This document shows positions 31,867 through 41,658 of a stretch of DNA of 64,000 nt, in pieces. The stretch is from contig CBDBOV010000004.1 in the NCBI GenBank assembly GCA_965208575.1, positions 1,056,001-1,120,000 of the forward strand, in the 5' to 3' direction. The notes under the pieces were generated by a model. That model ran no database searches and was not told the DNA's origin. It saw only the letters and a list, made by a program, of their open reading frames with translations. The stretch comes from Spirochaetia bacterium (lineage in GTDB: Bacteria; Spirochaetota; Spirochaetia; SZUA-6; Bin103). Both the position numbers and the translations under genes were made by a program. Each line of letters starts with the position of its first letter. Position 1 is the first letter of the stretch.

Positions 31867-32172
31867 CTCCTCCGGAACCTCCTCACGTCCCTCGGAGAGG
31901 CTCCAACCGGACCCGGAAGGTCCAGCCCGTTCGGTTAGATTTTTAGATGAGGCATGCTTTCGCTACGGTTAGATTTTCGATGAGTCAATGCGGGGCGTTG
32001 CGGGAACAAGCGGCCAGTCGGTAGCATTGGGTGGTATGGAACCTCTCGCCACGTCGATGAGGAGGCACGACGGTCACTCCGTGACTCGCAAGACGATGGA
32101 AACCGACGCCCAGGCATCGCCCGAGGACCGACTCCTTCCGACCAGGCTCGGTCACCCGGTGGCCGGCACACG

Positions 32173-33822
32173 ATGAGGGTCGGAGCGCAGCCGGGTCCCG
32201 CCGGCGAGCATCCCGGGGTAAGCCTGTGTTATCCCGATGCCGCGCACCCGCCCGCCGGTGCGCGGCTGTCGCGGCAGGCGGCCGCGGACATCGGGATCGC
32301 GGCGGTGCGCGGGCGGTTCGGACTGCCGGAAGAGTTCCTGTACGAGTTGTGCCAGGACGTGGACACGATCGGCTATAGGCAGAACATCCTGGCCGATCTG
32401 CTGGCGTCGAAGGAACTGTGCGCCGTGTTGCGGGAGGTGCGCCCGATGCTCCGAGAGCTGGCCTACTTCCGCACCACGCGCAAGGAGCAGAGCGCGCCGC
32501 TGCAACAGGCGGTGTGGCGGCTGGGCGAACTGGAGACCTACGTGTCGTGCCTGCAGCGGCTGGCGGATGCCGCCGCGCTGCCCGACCTGAAGTCGGCGGG
32601 CATGCAGGCGCTGCTCGCGTTCGTGCGGCGGCGGCGCGAAGATCCCGTGTACCAGCGCCTGGTCAAGGAACTGCCCGCGCTGCGCGGCGGACTCAAGCGG
32701 CGCGCCAGCGTCAGCATCGGCATCAACCTGGACGATCAGTTGCGGCCCTCCGAGGCCACGCTGCTGGCGGTGCACGACGAGAAGTTCGCCGAGCGCCCGC
32801 TGCTGAGCCGCATCTTCGGCGCCGCCACCCCCTATCAGCCGGTGGCCAGCATCAAGCGGGTTGCGGCCATGGGCAGCCTGCTCGGCGACCTGGACCGGAT
32901 CCTGGGAGCGGTAGCGCGCCCGCTGGCCAAGGCGCTGGGGCAGTACGTCCGCCTGCAGGTGCAGGATCTGTTGTCGCTGGAACGGGAGATTGCGTTCTAC
33001 CTGGGCGCCGCGCAACTGTTCCGCGCGCTGCAGGCGCGCGGCCTGCCGGTGTGCCGGCCGCGCCTGGGCGCCGCCGGCGAGCGGCACCTGCAGGTCAGCG
33101 GGCTGTACAACGTCAACCTTGCCCTCGGCGCCGGCGAGGAGTCCGCACGCGCCATCGTCGGCAACGACCTGGACATGGCGGCCGACGGGCGCATCCTGGT
33201 GCTCACCGGGCCCAACCAGGGCGGCAAGACCACCTTTACGCGCGCCGTCGGTCTGCTGCAGGTGCTGGCCCAGGCCGGCCTGTACGCACCGGCCGCCTCC
33301 GCCACGGTCAGCCCCGCTGACGTGGTCGACACCCACTTCCCGGTGGACGAACCTGGCCACGCCGAGGGCGGGCGGCTGGCCGAAGAGGCGCGCCGCCTGG
33401 CGTCCATCTTTGCCGCCACCAGCGAGCGCAGCCTGATCCTGATGAACGAATCGCTGGCCAGCACCAGCCCGAGCGAGAGCCTGTACCTGGCCGAGGACGT
33501 GGTGCGCGGCCTGCGGCTGCTCGGTGCGCGCGCGGTGTTCGCCACCCACCTGCACGAGCTCGGCGAGCGCGTCGACGCGATCAACGGCGAAGTGAACGGC
33601 GCCAGCCGGCTGGTCAGCATGGTAGCCGGCATCGAAACGGGCGGGGCCGCCAATCGCGAAAACGGCACCAACGGCGAGGTGCGGCGCACCTACCGGATTC
33701 GTCCCGGCCCGCCGGTCGGCCTCAGCTACGCGCGCGACATAGCCCGCCGCTACGGCATCAGCTTCGACGACATCCGCGCCCAGCTCGCCGGCAAGCAGGC
33801 TGCCGCGCCACCGGCGAACTGA
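32173..33822 (+). CDS. MutS-related ATPase (domain V; no recognisable mismatch-binding domain)
   Basis: LTGPNQGGKTTF, THF, MNESLAST, FATHLHEL, SYARDIA. Confidence 0.8.
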   Translation: MRVGAQPGPAGEHPGVSLCYPDAAHPPAGARLSRQAAADIGIAAVRGRFGLPEEFLYELCQDVDTIGYRQNILADLLASKELCAVLREVRPMLRELAYFRTTRKEQSAPLQQAVWRLGELETYVSCLQRLADAAALPDLKSAGMQALLAFVRRRREDPVYQRLVKELPALRGGLKRRASVSIGINLDDQLRPSEATLLAVHDEKFAERPLLSRIFGAATPYQPVASIKRVAAMGSLLGDLDRILGAVARPLAKALGQYVRLQVQDLLSLEREIAFYLGAAQLFRALQARGLPVCRPRLGAAGERHLQVSGLYNVNLALGAGEESARAIVGNDLDMAADGRILVLTGPNQGGKTTFTRAVGLLQVLAQAGLYAPAASATVSPADVVDTHFPVDEPGHAEGGRLAEEARRLASIFAATSERSLILMNESLASTSPSESLYLAEDVVRGLRLLGARAVFATHLHELGERVDAINGEVNGASRLVSMVAGIETGGAANRENGTNGEVRRTYRIRPGPPVGLSYARDIARRYGISFDDIRAQLAGKQAAAPPAN

Positions 33823-33852
33823 GCAGGCCCGTAACTTCCCAAACGCCGTTCC

Positions 33853-34992
33853 CTACGCCGCTGCCGCCGAACGGTCGAAGGTGTCGATAAGCCGCTCGGT
33901 GGAGGCGTCGTACAGGTTGCCGCGGCGCACCCGCAGGTGCACCCGCTGGCCGGTCCGCCACGGCGACACTGCCGCTCCAACGCGGGCAACCAGTTCCTCG
34001 CGCCGGCCCGCGAAGCGCAGGTGAATGAGCGTCGCCGCGCCCTGCGGCAGCACCGCGAACACCTCGAACGACGGGCCCACCGCCTCTTGCTGCCCGGACG
34101 GCACCAGCTCCAGGTCCTCGACGCGCACGTTCATCACCACTCGCTGGCCGTCGAACGCACCGCTCAAGCCGGGCAGCCGGAACGGGCGATCCGGCGCCGC
34201 GGCCGCGGACAGCAGCACGCCTCCGTCGGCCCGCGTGACCGTGGCGGGAACCAGGTTGGATTGCGGCAGGCCGGTCATCTCCGCCACCTGCAGCGTCTCC
34301 GGACGGTGGTACAGGTCGTCGGCGCGACCGATCTGGTGGACCACGCCGTGGAACATGATCGCGATGCGGTCGGCCATCGAGAATGCCTCCGACACGTCGT
34401 GGGTCACGTACAGGGAGGTGGCGCCGATGCGGCGCTGCAGCCGCTTCAGGTCGGTGCGCAGCGCCACCCGCAGCTTGGCGTCCACGTTGGAAAGCGGTTC
34501 ATCGAACAGCAGCACCTCGGGCTGCCCGACCAACATGCGCGCCAGCGCAACCCGCTGCTGCTGGCCGCCGGAGAGCTGGCGCGGGTAGCGTTCCTCCAGC
34601 CCGGTCAGGTCGACCAGCGCCAGCGCCTGCTCCACCGCCAGGGCAATCCGTTCGCGCGGCAGGCGCTGCGTCTTGAGCGGGAACGCCACGTTCTGCATGG
34701 CGGTCATGTGCGGGTAGAGGGCGTAGTTCTGGAACACCATCCCCACCCCCCGGCGCGCCGGTGGCACGTCCACCGCCAGTGCCGCCGAGAACATGCAGTG
34801 GTCGCCGAACGTGATCTCGCCGTCCGTGGGCCGTTCCAGTCCTGCGATGGCGCGCAGCGTGGAGGTCTTGCCGCTGCCGGAAGCGCCGAGCAGCACCATG
34901 AACTCGCCCTCTTCCACGTGCAGGGCCAGGTTGTTCACCGCCAGCACCTGGTCGTAGCGAATCGTCAGGTCGCGCACCGTTATGCTCGGCAT
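33853..34992 (-). CDS. ABC transporter ATP-binding protein (MalK/UgpC-like)
   Basis: GASGSGKT, VFQNYALYPHM, LSGGQQQRVALAR, DEPLSN, VTHD. Confidence 0.92.
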   Translation of the reverse strand: MPSITVRDLTIRYDQVLAVNNLALHVEEGEFMVLLGASGSGKTSTLRAIAGLERPTDGEITFGDHCMFSAALAVDVPPARRGVGMVFQNYALYPHMTAMQNVAFPLKTQRLPRERIALAVEQALALVDLTGLEERYPRQLSGGQQQRVALARMLVGQPEVLLFDEPLSNVDAKLRVALRTDLKRLQRRIGATSLYVTHDVSEAFSMADRIAIMFHGVVHQIGRADDLYHRPETLQVAEMTGLPQSNLVPATVTRADGGVLLSAAAAPDRPFRLPGLSGAFDGQRVVMNVRVEDLELVPSGQQEAVGPSFEVFAVLPQGAATLIHLRFAGRREELVARVGAAVSPWRTGQRVHLRVRRGNLYDASTERLIDTFDRSAAAA

Positions 34993-35011
34993 CGCTCTCC
35001 CGCGGCGCGGC

Positions 35012-35479
35012 TCACCAACAGCCCAGCAGCCGGCGCAGCAGCACGATCTGGCCGACGTGGTAGGAGTTGTGATCCGCCACCACCAGCGCCTCGCGCAGCA
35101 GCGTGTGCCCGGTTCCGTGGGCAAACGGCGTGAACAGGTCAGACTTCGGGTCGGACACCAACTCCACCATCTCCGCGCGGTCGGCCAGGAACCGGTCGAT
35201 GCTGGTCTGCCAAGCGCCGCCGGGCGGGTCGGCGGTGGCCGGCCAGTAGCCGTCCGGAAACTCGGGCGACACGTGGGAGGGGTCGCGGCTGAACTCCAGG
35301 ATGTCCCACTGCGCGATACGCAGGTGCTCCAGTTGCTGCCAAAGGGAGGCCTCCGCCCCGGCCGGGATAACACCGCGCATGTCCTCGGGAACGTCCGCCA
35401 CCGCCCGCTCGAACGGCACGTGCGCCCCACGCCCATGCAGCAGGCTGGCCAGATGCTCTCTTGTCGCCGAGTCGCTCAT
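35012..35479 (-). CDS. DinB-family protein
   Basis: AHVPFE, WQQLEHLRIAQWDILEF, DHNSYHVGQI. Confidence 0.85.
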   Translation of the reverse strand: MSDSATREHLASLLHGRGAHVPFERAVADVPEDMRGVIPAGAEASLWQQLEHLRIAQWDILEFSRDPSHVSPEFPDGYWPATADPPGGAWQTSIDRFLADRAEMVELVSDPKSDLFTPFAHGTGHTLLREALVVADHNSYHVGQIVLLRRLLGCW

Positions 35480-35604
35480 CGCACATAACATACTACAACC
35501 GGTGCCGATCCGCGGCGGACGGCGTCGGTGATTCTGCGTTGACAAGGGTGTTCCAGCAGGCTGGAGAACGTCGCGGGATGGTAAGAACGTCGCGGGGATG
35601 GTAG

Positions 35605-35675
35605 CTGCCCGACAGGGATTCGAACCCCGACGAACAGATCCAGAGTCTGTCGTGCTACCGTTACACCATCGGGCA
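35605..35675 (-). tRNA. tRNA-Gln (anticodon CTG); CCA not encoded
   Basis: TGCCCGA acceptor stem, D-arm GGTGTAACGGTAGCAC, anticodon arm ACAGA-CTCTGGA-TCTGT, GGTTCGAATCC T-arm. Confidence 0.95.
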
Positions 35676-35779
35676 GTGAACAGGGAGCAATATAGCACAT
35701 CCGCCACCGCCGCGTCAGCACAGCCGGACAGCCGGACAGCCGGATGACGCTACCGTCGCCGGCTCGGTACGCTGGCGGC

Positions 35780-36712
35780 ATGCCGGCCGGAACCCATGAC
35801 GCCTTGCCCGATCCGCGCAACGAGACGGTCCTGATCTACGTCAACGGCGAACTGGTGCCGCGCTCCGAGGCGAAGGTTTCGGTGTTCGACTCGGGGTTCC
35901 TGGTCGGTGACGGCGTGTGGGAGGGGATCCGCCTGCACCGCGGCGTCCTGGTGCACCTCGACGAGCACCTCGACCGGCTGTTCCAGGGCGCCAAGGCGAT
36001 CGCCCTCGACATTGGCCTGACCCGCACCGAGCTGACGGCGGCGCTGCGGGCGACGGTCGAAGCCAACCGGATGACCGACGGCGTGCACGTACGCCTGATG
36101 ATCACCCGCGGGATCAAGCGCACGCCCGCCCAGGACCCGCGCCTCACCGTGAGCACGCCCACGGTGGTGATCATCGCCGAGCACAAGCGCGCCGCCCCGC
36201 GCACCGCCGCGGCGGGCATCCGGTTGTTTACCTCCAGCGTGCGCCGCGGCTCCCCCGACTACCTCGATCCGCGCCTCAACTGCCACAGCAAGCTGCACGA
36301 GGTCATCGCTCTGATCCAGGCGCTCGAAGCCGGCTGCGACGAGGCACTGATGCTCGACATCCACGGCTTCGTGAGCACCTGCAACTCGACCAATTTCTTC
36401 CTGGTCAAACGGGGAGCGGTGTGGACCTCCACTGGCCAGTACTGCTTGAACGGCATCACGCGCTGCAAGGTGCTGGCAATCTGCCGTGCCGCGGGCGTCC
36501 CCGCGCTCGAGAAGAACTTCTCGCTTACCGACGTGTACGACGCCGACGAGGCGTTCGTCACGGGAACCTTTGGCGGGCTCACCCCCGTGGCGGCGGTCGA
36601 CGGCCGCCGCATCGGCGACGGGTCGGGCTCCGGCGCCATGACCGGGCGCCTGCGGGAACTCTACCTGGCGGACATCGAGGCCAGCGTGGCGGCTGCTCAG
36701 GACAGCAGGTAG
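35780..36712 (+). CDS. Class IV (branched-chain/D-amino acid) aminotransferase
   Basis: AKVSVFDSGF..GDGVWEG, HLDRL, DEALMLD, GITR, ADEAFVTGT. Confidence 0.9.
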   Translation: MPAGTHDALPDPRNETVLIYVNGELVPRSEAKVSVFDSGFLVGDGVWEGIRLHRGVLVHLDEHLDRLFQGAKAIALDIGLTRTELTAALRATVEANRMTDGVHVRLMITRGIKRTPAQDPRLTVSTPTVVIIAEHKRAAPRTAAAGIRLFTSSVRRGSPDYLDPRLNCHSKLHEVIALIQALEAGCDEALMLDIHGFVSTCNSTNFFLVKRGAVWTSTGQYCLNGITRCKVLAICRAAGVPALEKNFSLTDVYDADEAFVTGTFGGLTPVAAVDGRRIGDGSGSGAMTGRLRELYLADIEASVAAAQDSR

Positions 36713-37407
36713 GTGGCGGCCGACCGCGGCCCCACCATGACGTTGAACTTCTCGGCGTACTCGACGCCGCACTCGCGGCCCACCGCGGCGCGCCGCTTGC
36801 GCAGGTTCTCGGCCGCGTTCTCCCAGTGGTAGACGGAGGCGTACAGCTCCATCACCTCCTGGATCTTGTCCATGTGCGGGGTAATGTCGACGTAGTACGG
36901 CGGGAACGGGCTCGCGTCGTCGAAATAGGTGAAGAACGCGAGCTGCTCGGGCCGGTGCGCCGGCAGCGGGGCGACCATGCGCGGCAGCCGGGCGTAGGTC
37001 ACCGCATCCTGCATGAGCTGGCCGAGGTTGCGGTGGTCGGGGTGGCCGCGCAGGAAATTCCAGGTCACGATGGCGTCTGGGCGCACGTCTGCCACCAGCC
37101 TGCCCAGCTCCAGCCCCTCCTCGTGGGAGCGCCCGATGTGAGCGTCCGGGAACGCGAGTTGCCGTATCTCGCAACCGATGATGCGCGCCACCTCGTCGGT
37201 GTGGCGCTTGCGCTCGACCACGATCTCTTCCATCGGCTTGTCGCCGAACAGCGAGGTCATTTCGCCGCGCGTGGCCCAGGCGAGCACCACCCGGTCGCCG
37301 CGCGCCAAGTGGTTGAGGATGGTCCCGAGCACGCTCATCTCGTCGTCGGCGTGGGGAAAGCAGGCAAGAATCGTCTGGGGAGTGCGTTGCGTATCGGACA
37401 CGCGCAC
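36697..37407 (-). CDS. PIG-L/LmbE-family deacetylase
   Basis: PHADDE, TRGE, GHPDH, VDIT. Confidence 0.85.
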   Translation of the reverse strand: MRVSDTQRTPQTILACFPHADDEMSVLGTILNHLARGDRVVLAWATRGEMTSLFGDKPMEEIVVERKRHTDEVARIIGCEIRQLAFPDAHIGRSHEEGLELGRLVADVRPDAIVTWNFLRGHPDHRNLGQLMQDAVTYARLPRMVAPLPAHRPEQLAFFTYFDDASPFPPYYVDITPHMDKIQEVMELYASVYHWENAAENLRKRRAAVGRECGVEYAEKFNVMVGPRSAATYLLS

Positions 37408-37505
37408 AGCTTACCGGGAGCGCTGGCGCGCAGCTACCACCCCGTGCGCGGCGGCCGCGTCGCGGGCCGGTGGTGTGCTGCCAGGTCAGGTCCGGGACTG
37501 GTAGG

Positions 37506-38522
37506 ATGGCGGCGATGATTCGGTTTGCCCTCTTCGGCGCGGGGCGCATCGGCACGATGCATGCCCGGCACTTGGCGGCGTGTCCCGATGCGCGCCTGGT
37601 GTGCGTGTACGACCCGGTTCCGGGTGTGGCGCGCGCGGTGGCCGAGCAGCACGGTGCCGGCGTGGCGGACACCGTGCAGGCGGCGCTGGCCGCGGGCGTG
37701 GACGCCGTTCTGATTGCCTCCTCCACCGACACCCACGTCGACCTGATCGTGGCCGCCGCGCAGGCCGGCAAGGCGGTGTTCTGCGAGAAGCCGATCGACC
37801 TCATCCTGCGGCGGGTGGAGGAGTGCTGGCGGCAGGTGCGCGACTGCGGCGTGCCGATCCAGATCGGCTTCAACCGCCGCTACGACGCTTCCCACCGCGG
37901 CGTGCGCGACCGCGTGGCCGCCGGCGAGATCGGCGCCCTGCACCAGGTGCTCATCACCAGCCGCGACCCTGAGCCGCCTCCGATGTCCTACGTCCGCGTA
38001 TCGGGCGGCCTGTTCCGGGACATGATGATCCACGACTTCGACCTGGCGCGCTTCGTGCTCGGCGAGGAACCGGTCACCATCACCGCGGCCGGCAGCGTGA
38101 TGATCACGCCGGAACTCGCCCAACTCGGCGACATCGACACCGCGATGGTGCAGATGACCACCGCCTCCGGCGTGCAGTGCCACATCAACTGTTCACGGCA
38201 GGCGGCGTATGGCTACGACCAGCGCCTCGAGGCGCACGGCAGCGCCGGCATGGTGTGCTCGGCCAACCACCTCCAGGACCAGGTACGCCGCTTCTCGGCC
38301 ACCAGCGCCGGAGCCCCTGCGCCACTGCGGCACTTCTTCATCGACCGATACGCCCCCGCCTACCAGGCCCAGCTCGCCGACTTCATCGACGCCGTCGCGA
38401 GCGCGCGCCAGCCCTCCGTCACCTTCGAGGACGGCCGCCGCGCCCTCATCCTCGCCGAGGCCGCGGGCCAATCCCTCGCCACCGGCACCACCATCCCCGT
38501 CCCACCCGAGGCAAACGAGTGA
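37506..38522 (+). CDS. iolG: myo-inositol 2-dehydrogenase (Gfo/Idh/MocA)
   Basis: GAGRIG, CEKP, GFNRRYD, SRDP, GGLFRDMMIHDFD, YGYDQRLE. Confidence 0.85.
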   Translation: MAAMIRFALFGAGRIGTMHARHLAACPDARLVCVYDPVPGVARAVAEQHGAGVADTVQAALAAGVDAVLIASSTDTHVDLIVAAAQAGKAVFCEKPIDLILRRVEECWRQVRDCGVPIQIGFNRRYDASHRGVRDRVAAGEIGALHQVLITSRDPEPPPMSYVRVSGGLFRDMMIHDFDLARFVLGEEPVTITAAGSVMITPELAQLGDIDTAMVQMTTASGVQCHINCSRQAAYGYDQRLEAHGSAGMVCSANHLQDQVRRFSATSAGAPAPLRHFFIDRYAPAYQAQLADFIDAVASARQPSVTFEDGRRALILAEAAGQSLATGTTIPVPPEANE

Positions 38523-38669
38523 CGGCCCTGCTGGCTGGTTGACGCCCGTAACGTTATAGGGGTATCTGTGATGTCATAGCGTATGTTGTGTCGGATGACG
38601 CGGTCTGAAGGCACGTCATCGCAGATTCGACGCCTCTTCCTGTCGTAAGTGAGTGTGAGGTAAAGTAAT

Positions 38670-38969
38670 ATGAGCGCTCAGATTACACCGGGTGAGATCC
38701 TCATGGAGGAATACCTCAAACCGATGGGGATCTCTCAGAACGCGATGGGCCGCGCGATCGGGGTGGCTCCTCGTGCGATCAATGAAATCGTGCATGGCCG
38801 GCGCTCGATTACCCCGGCCATGTCCATTCGCTTCGGCGCCTTCTTCGGCCAGTCGGATCAGTTCTGGCACGGGATTCAGGTGGAATGCGACTTTCGCAAG
38901 CTGGCCGGAGACAGGCGGCGGCTCATCGACCGCGTCCAACCTGCTTCCACGGTGCGCAAGGCATCCTGA
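38670..38969 (+). CDS. HigA-family HTH antitoxin (no adjacent toxin gene)
   Basis: [32 protein letters not shown]. Confidence 0.85.
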   Translation: MSAQITPGEILMEEYLKPMGISQNAMGRAIGVAPRAINEIVHGRRSITPAMSIRFGAFFGQSDQFWHGIQVECDFRKLAGDRRRLIDRVQPASTVRKAS

Positions 38970-39053
38970 CCGGGGGTGACCGGGGGTGACCGGATGCACC
39001 CCTGGAGCCGACGCGGGCATGTGGAGTACACTGGCACTCGTGAGTAGGACTCG

Positions 39054-40394
39054 GTGAAGGGTACTTTCCGGATCAAGGGCGGCTACCCGCTGGCCGGCGA
39101 GGTAACCCCCATCCCCAACAAGAACGCGCTGATGGGCGCGCTGCCGGCCGCGGCGCTGGCGGGCGGCGGCATCACCTTCATGGCACTCCCCGATACGCTC
39201 GACGTGCACACCTACCTGGAGATTCTTGCCCGGCTCGGCGGCGGCGTGACGCCCGCTGGCGACCGCGCCATCCACGTCGATCCATCCGGCATCCGAGCGC
39301 AGGCGATCGATCCTGCCATGGGACGCCGGCTGCGCGGCGCGTTCGCCCTGACCGGGCCGCTGCTGGCACGCCTGGGCTGCGTGGAGATGCCGCTGCCGGG
39401 TGGCTGCGAGCTGGGCTACCGCGCCGTGACCGCGCACCTGGACGGTTTCCGCAAGCTGGGCGTGAGCGTGGAGCAGCGCGACGGCTCGGTGCTGCTGACC
39501 GCGCCGCGACGCCACGAGCCCCACTACGACATCTGGCTGGTCGAAGCGAGCGTCTCGGCCACCCTGGCCCTCGCCCTGTACACCGCAGGGAACGGCTTCT
39601 CGGTCACCATCCGGGACCCGGCCTGCGAACCGCACGTGGTGGAAGTGCTGCGCCTGCTGCGCCGCATGGGCGTAGGCGTGGACGGAGAGGGCACCAACCG
39701 GCTCACCGTCCACGGCCCGGGCCGGCCGCTTGCCGCCGCCGAGTTCGAGGCCGGTCCCGACTACGTGGACATCGCCGGCAGCATCACCGCGGCCGCGGTG
39801 ACCGGCGGCGAGCTGACCATCCGCGGCGGCAACGCGCCCGACCTGATCGACGGCATGGCGCACTGGTTCCGTGCCTTCGGCATCGAGTTGGAGCCCTGCG
39901 GCAACGACCTGCTCGTTTCCGCCCCCGAGGCCCTGGGCATTCGATCCGAGTTGCTGCCGCAGGCGGGTCCGGAGCTGCCCAAGCTGGTGGTGCGCCCCTG
40001 GCCGGGCTTCCCGGTCGACGTGCTGCCGGTAATGGTGACCCTGGCGTGCAAGAGCTCCGGCGCGATGCTGTTTCAGAACTGGATGTACGAGTCGGGCTTC
40101 GACTACGTGCGCGAACTCAACTACCTCGGTGGGGAGATCCTGATATCCGACCCGCACCGCATCATGGTGCGCGACCCGGCGATCAGGTTCCGCGGCGGTG
40201 AGATTGTCGCACCCAACATCATCCAGGGCACCAAGGCGCTGTTCCTGGCCGCCCTCGCCGACCCGGTGGAGACGGTAATCCACGGCGTCGACCTGCTGCG
40301 CCGCCGCTACCCCACCATCTTCGAGACCTACCGGCGGATCGGTGCGCGCATTGATTACGACGGTCCGCCACAGGTGGCACGCGCGAACGCGTAG
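39054..40394 (+). CDS. murA: UDP-N-acetylglucosamine 1-carboxyvinyltransferase (divergent)
   Basis: NKNAL, LPGGCELGYR (catalytic Cys), ASVSAT, EPHV, PWPGFP.D, RRY. Confidence 0.85.
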   Translation: MKGTFRIKGGYPLAGEVTPIPNKNALMGALPAAALAGGGITFMALPDTLDVHTYLEILARLGGGVTPAGDRAIHVDPSGIRAQAIDPAMGRRLRGAFALTGPLLARLGCVEMPLPGGCELGYRAVTAHLDGFRKLGVSVEQRDGSVLLTAPRRHEPHYDIWLVEASVSATLALALYTAGNGFSVTIRDPACEPHVVEVLRLLRRMGVGVDGEGTNRLTVHGPGRPLAAAEFEAGPDYVDIAGSITAAAVTGGELTIRGGNAPDLIDGMAHWFRAFGIELEPCGNDLLVSAPEALGIRSELLPQAGPELPKLVVRPWPGFPVDVLPVMVTLACKSSGAMLFQNWMYESGFDYVRELNYLGGEILISDPHRIMVRDPAIRFRGGEIVAPNIIQGTKALFLAALADPVETVIHGVDLLRRRYPTIFETYRRIGARIDYDGPPQVARANA

Positions 40395-40446
40395 CGCGGC
40401 GAGCGGTTCGCTTCACGTCTCACCAATGGAGGTCTCAGTTGACCGG

Positions 40447-41658
40447 ATGACGGCACCATACTCCGATCTCCAACTTGAAGCGATGCTCACCGATCTTGAG
40501 TCGGACCTTGTTGAGCGCAAGGAGTCAATGCAAGGAGACGCACCGACGAAAATCCGGCAGGCAGTGTGCGCGTTCGCCAACGACTTGCCGGACCATCGCC
40601 GGCCGGGCGTTATCTTTGTGGGCGCGGACGATGATGGAAATCCTACCGGTTTGCGGATCACGGATCGACTGTTGTTGCAGCTCGCCGATCTCAAGACCGA
40701 CGGTAACATCGTCCCGCCCCCGTCGCTCACCGTCGCACAGCGCGTTCTCAAGGACACCCCGGTCGCCGTCGTACTCGTTCAGCCGTCGGACACGCCACCC
40801 GTCCGTTACCGCGGGCAGACCTGGATACGGACCGGGCCGCGGAGAGACATCGCTACTTTGCAGGACGAACGGATTCTGAACGAGAAGCGCCGCTACCGAG
40901 ATCCGCACTTCGACGCCATTCCGATACCGACAGCGCGCATTGACGATCTCGACCTGCGCCGCTTCGATGAGGAATATCTGCCCCTCGCCGTTGACGCCGC
41001 GACCCTTGAGTTGAACGAACGTACCGTTGAACAGCGACTCGCTGCCATGAAGATGATCGGCTCCGACGAAAGCCCCATACCGACAATCGCCGGCATTCTC
41101 GTCTTGGGGAAGAACCCTCGCGAGTTCCTCCCGGGCGCATACGTACAGTTCCTTCGCGTCGCCGGAACGGACCTGAGCTACCCGGTTACCGACGAAGCCC
41201 TCTGCGACGGCCCGCTCGTGAACCTCGTCACCCGGCTCGATGACAAGCTGATAGCTCACAACCGGACCGCAGTCGACTTCACCTCTGCCGAGCGGGAGAT
41301 ACGCACGCCGACCTATCCGCTGCCGGCGTTGCAGCAGCTTGCGCGTAACGCCATCATGCATCGCACCTACGAGGGTACGAACAGCCCCGTGCACGTCTAT
41401 TGGTTCGACGACCGTATCGAGATCACCAGTCCTGGAGGACCGTACGGCGCGGTTTCGGTGGCCAACTTCGGACAGCCGGGACTGATCGACTACCGCAACC
41501 CGATCCTGGCAGAGGCGATGCGCGTACTGGGACTGGTGCAGCGCTACGGCGCAGGTATACCAAGTGCCCGACGGCACCTGCAGGAGAATGGCCAACGAGA
41601 GCCGAGTTTCGCAGTCGAGTCGAACTGGGTCAACTGCACGGTGTGGGATCGACCATGA
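40447..41658 (+). CDS. Schlafen/AlbA_2 domain + HATPase_c_4 (RecG-C-like) protein
   Basis: ESDLVERK, VCAFAND, IFVG.DDDG; NAIMHRTY, DRIEITSPGG, RNP.LA, RYGAGI. Confidence 0.82.
   Translation: MTAPYSDLQLEAMLTDLESDLVERKESMQGDAPTKIRQAVCAFANDLPDHRRPGVIFVGADDDGNPTGLRITDRLLLQLADLKTDGNIVPPPSLTVAQRVLKDTPVAVVLVQPSDTPPVRYRGQTWIRTGPRRDIATLQDERILNEKRRYRDPHFDAIPIPTARIDDLDLRRFDEEYLPLAVDAATLELNERTVEQRLAAMKMIGSDESPIPTIAGILVLGKNPREFLPGAYVQFLRVAGTDLSYPVTDEALCDGPLVNLVTRLDDKLIAHNRTAVDFTSAEREIRTPTYPLPALQQLARNAIMHRTYEGTNSPVHVYWFDDRIEITSPGGPYGAVSVANFGQPGLIDYRNPILAEAMRVLGLVQRYGAGIPSARRHLQENGQREPSFAVESNWVNCTVWDRP

Larger units (their letters stand above)
28198..31992 (-). mobile_element. Composite IS-like element (rve/DDE transposase plus a captured transposase fragment)
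   Basis: Ends CCTATTGCCTCACGTAAAAATCTAACC / GGTTAGATTTTCGATGAGTCAATGCG, each with an internal second repeat; 5-bp duplication GGGCG at 28193-28197 and 31993-31997. Confidence 0.8.

Noticed and set aside
35605-35675. tRNA-Gln as the attachment site of an integrated element
   Set aside because: No integrase and no duplicated tRNA 3' end seen in the window
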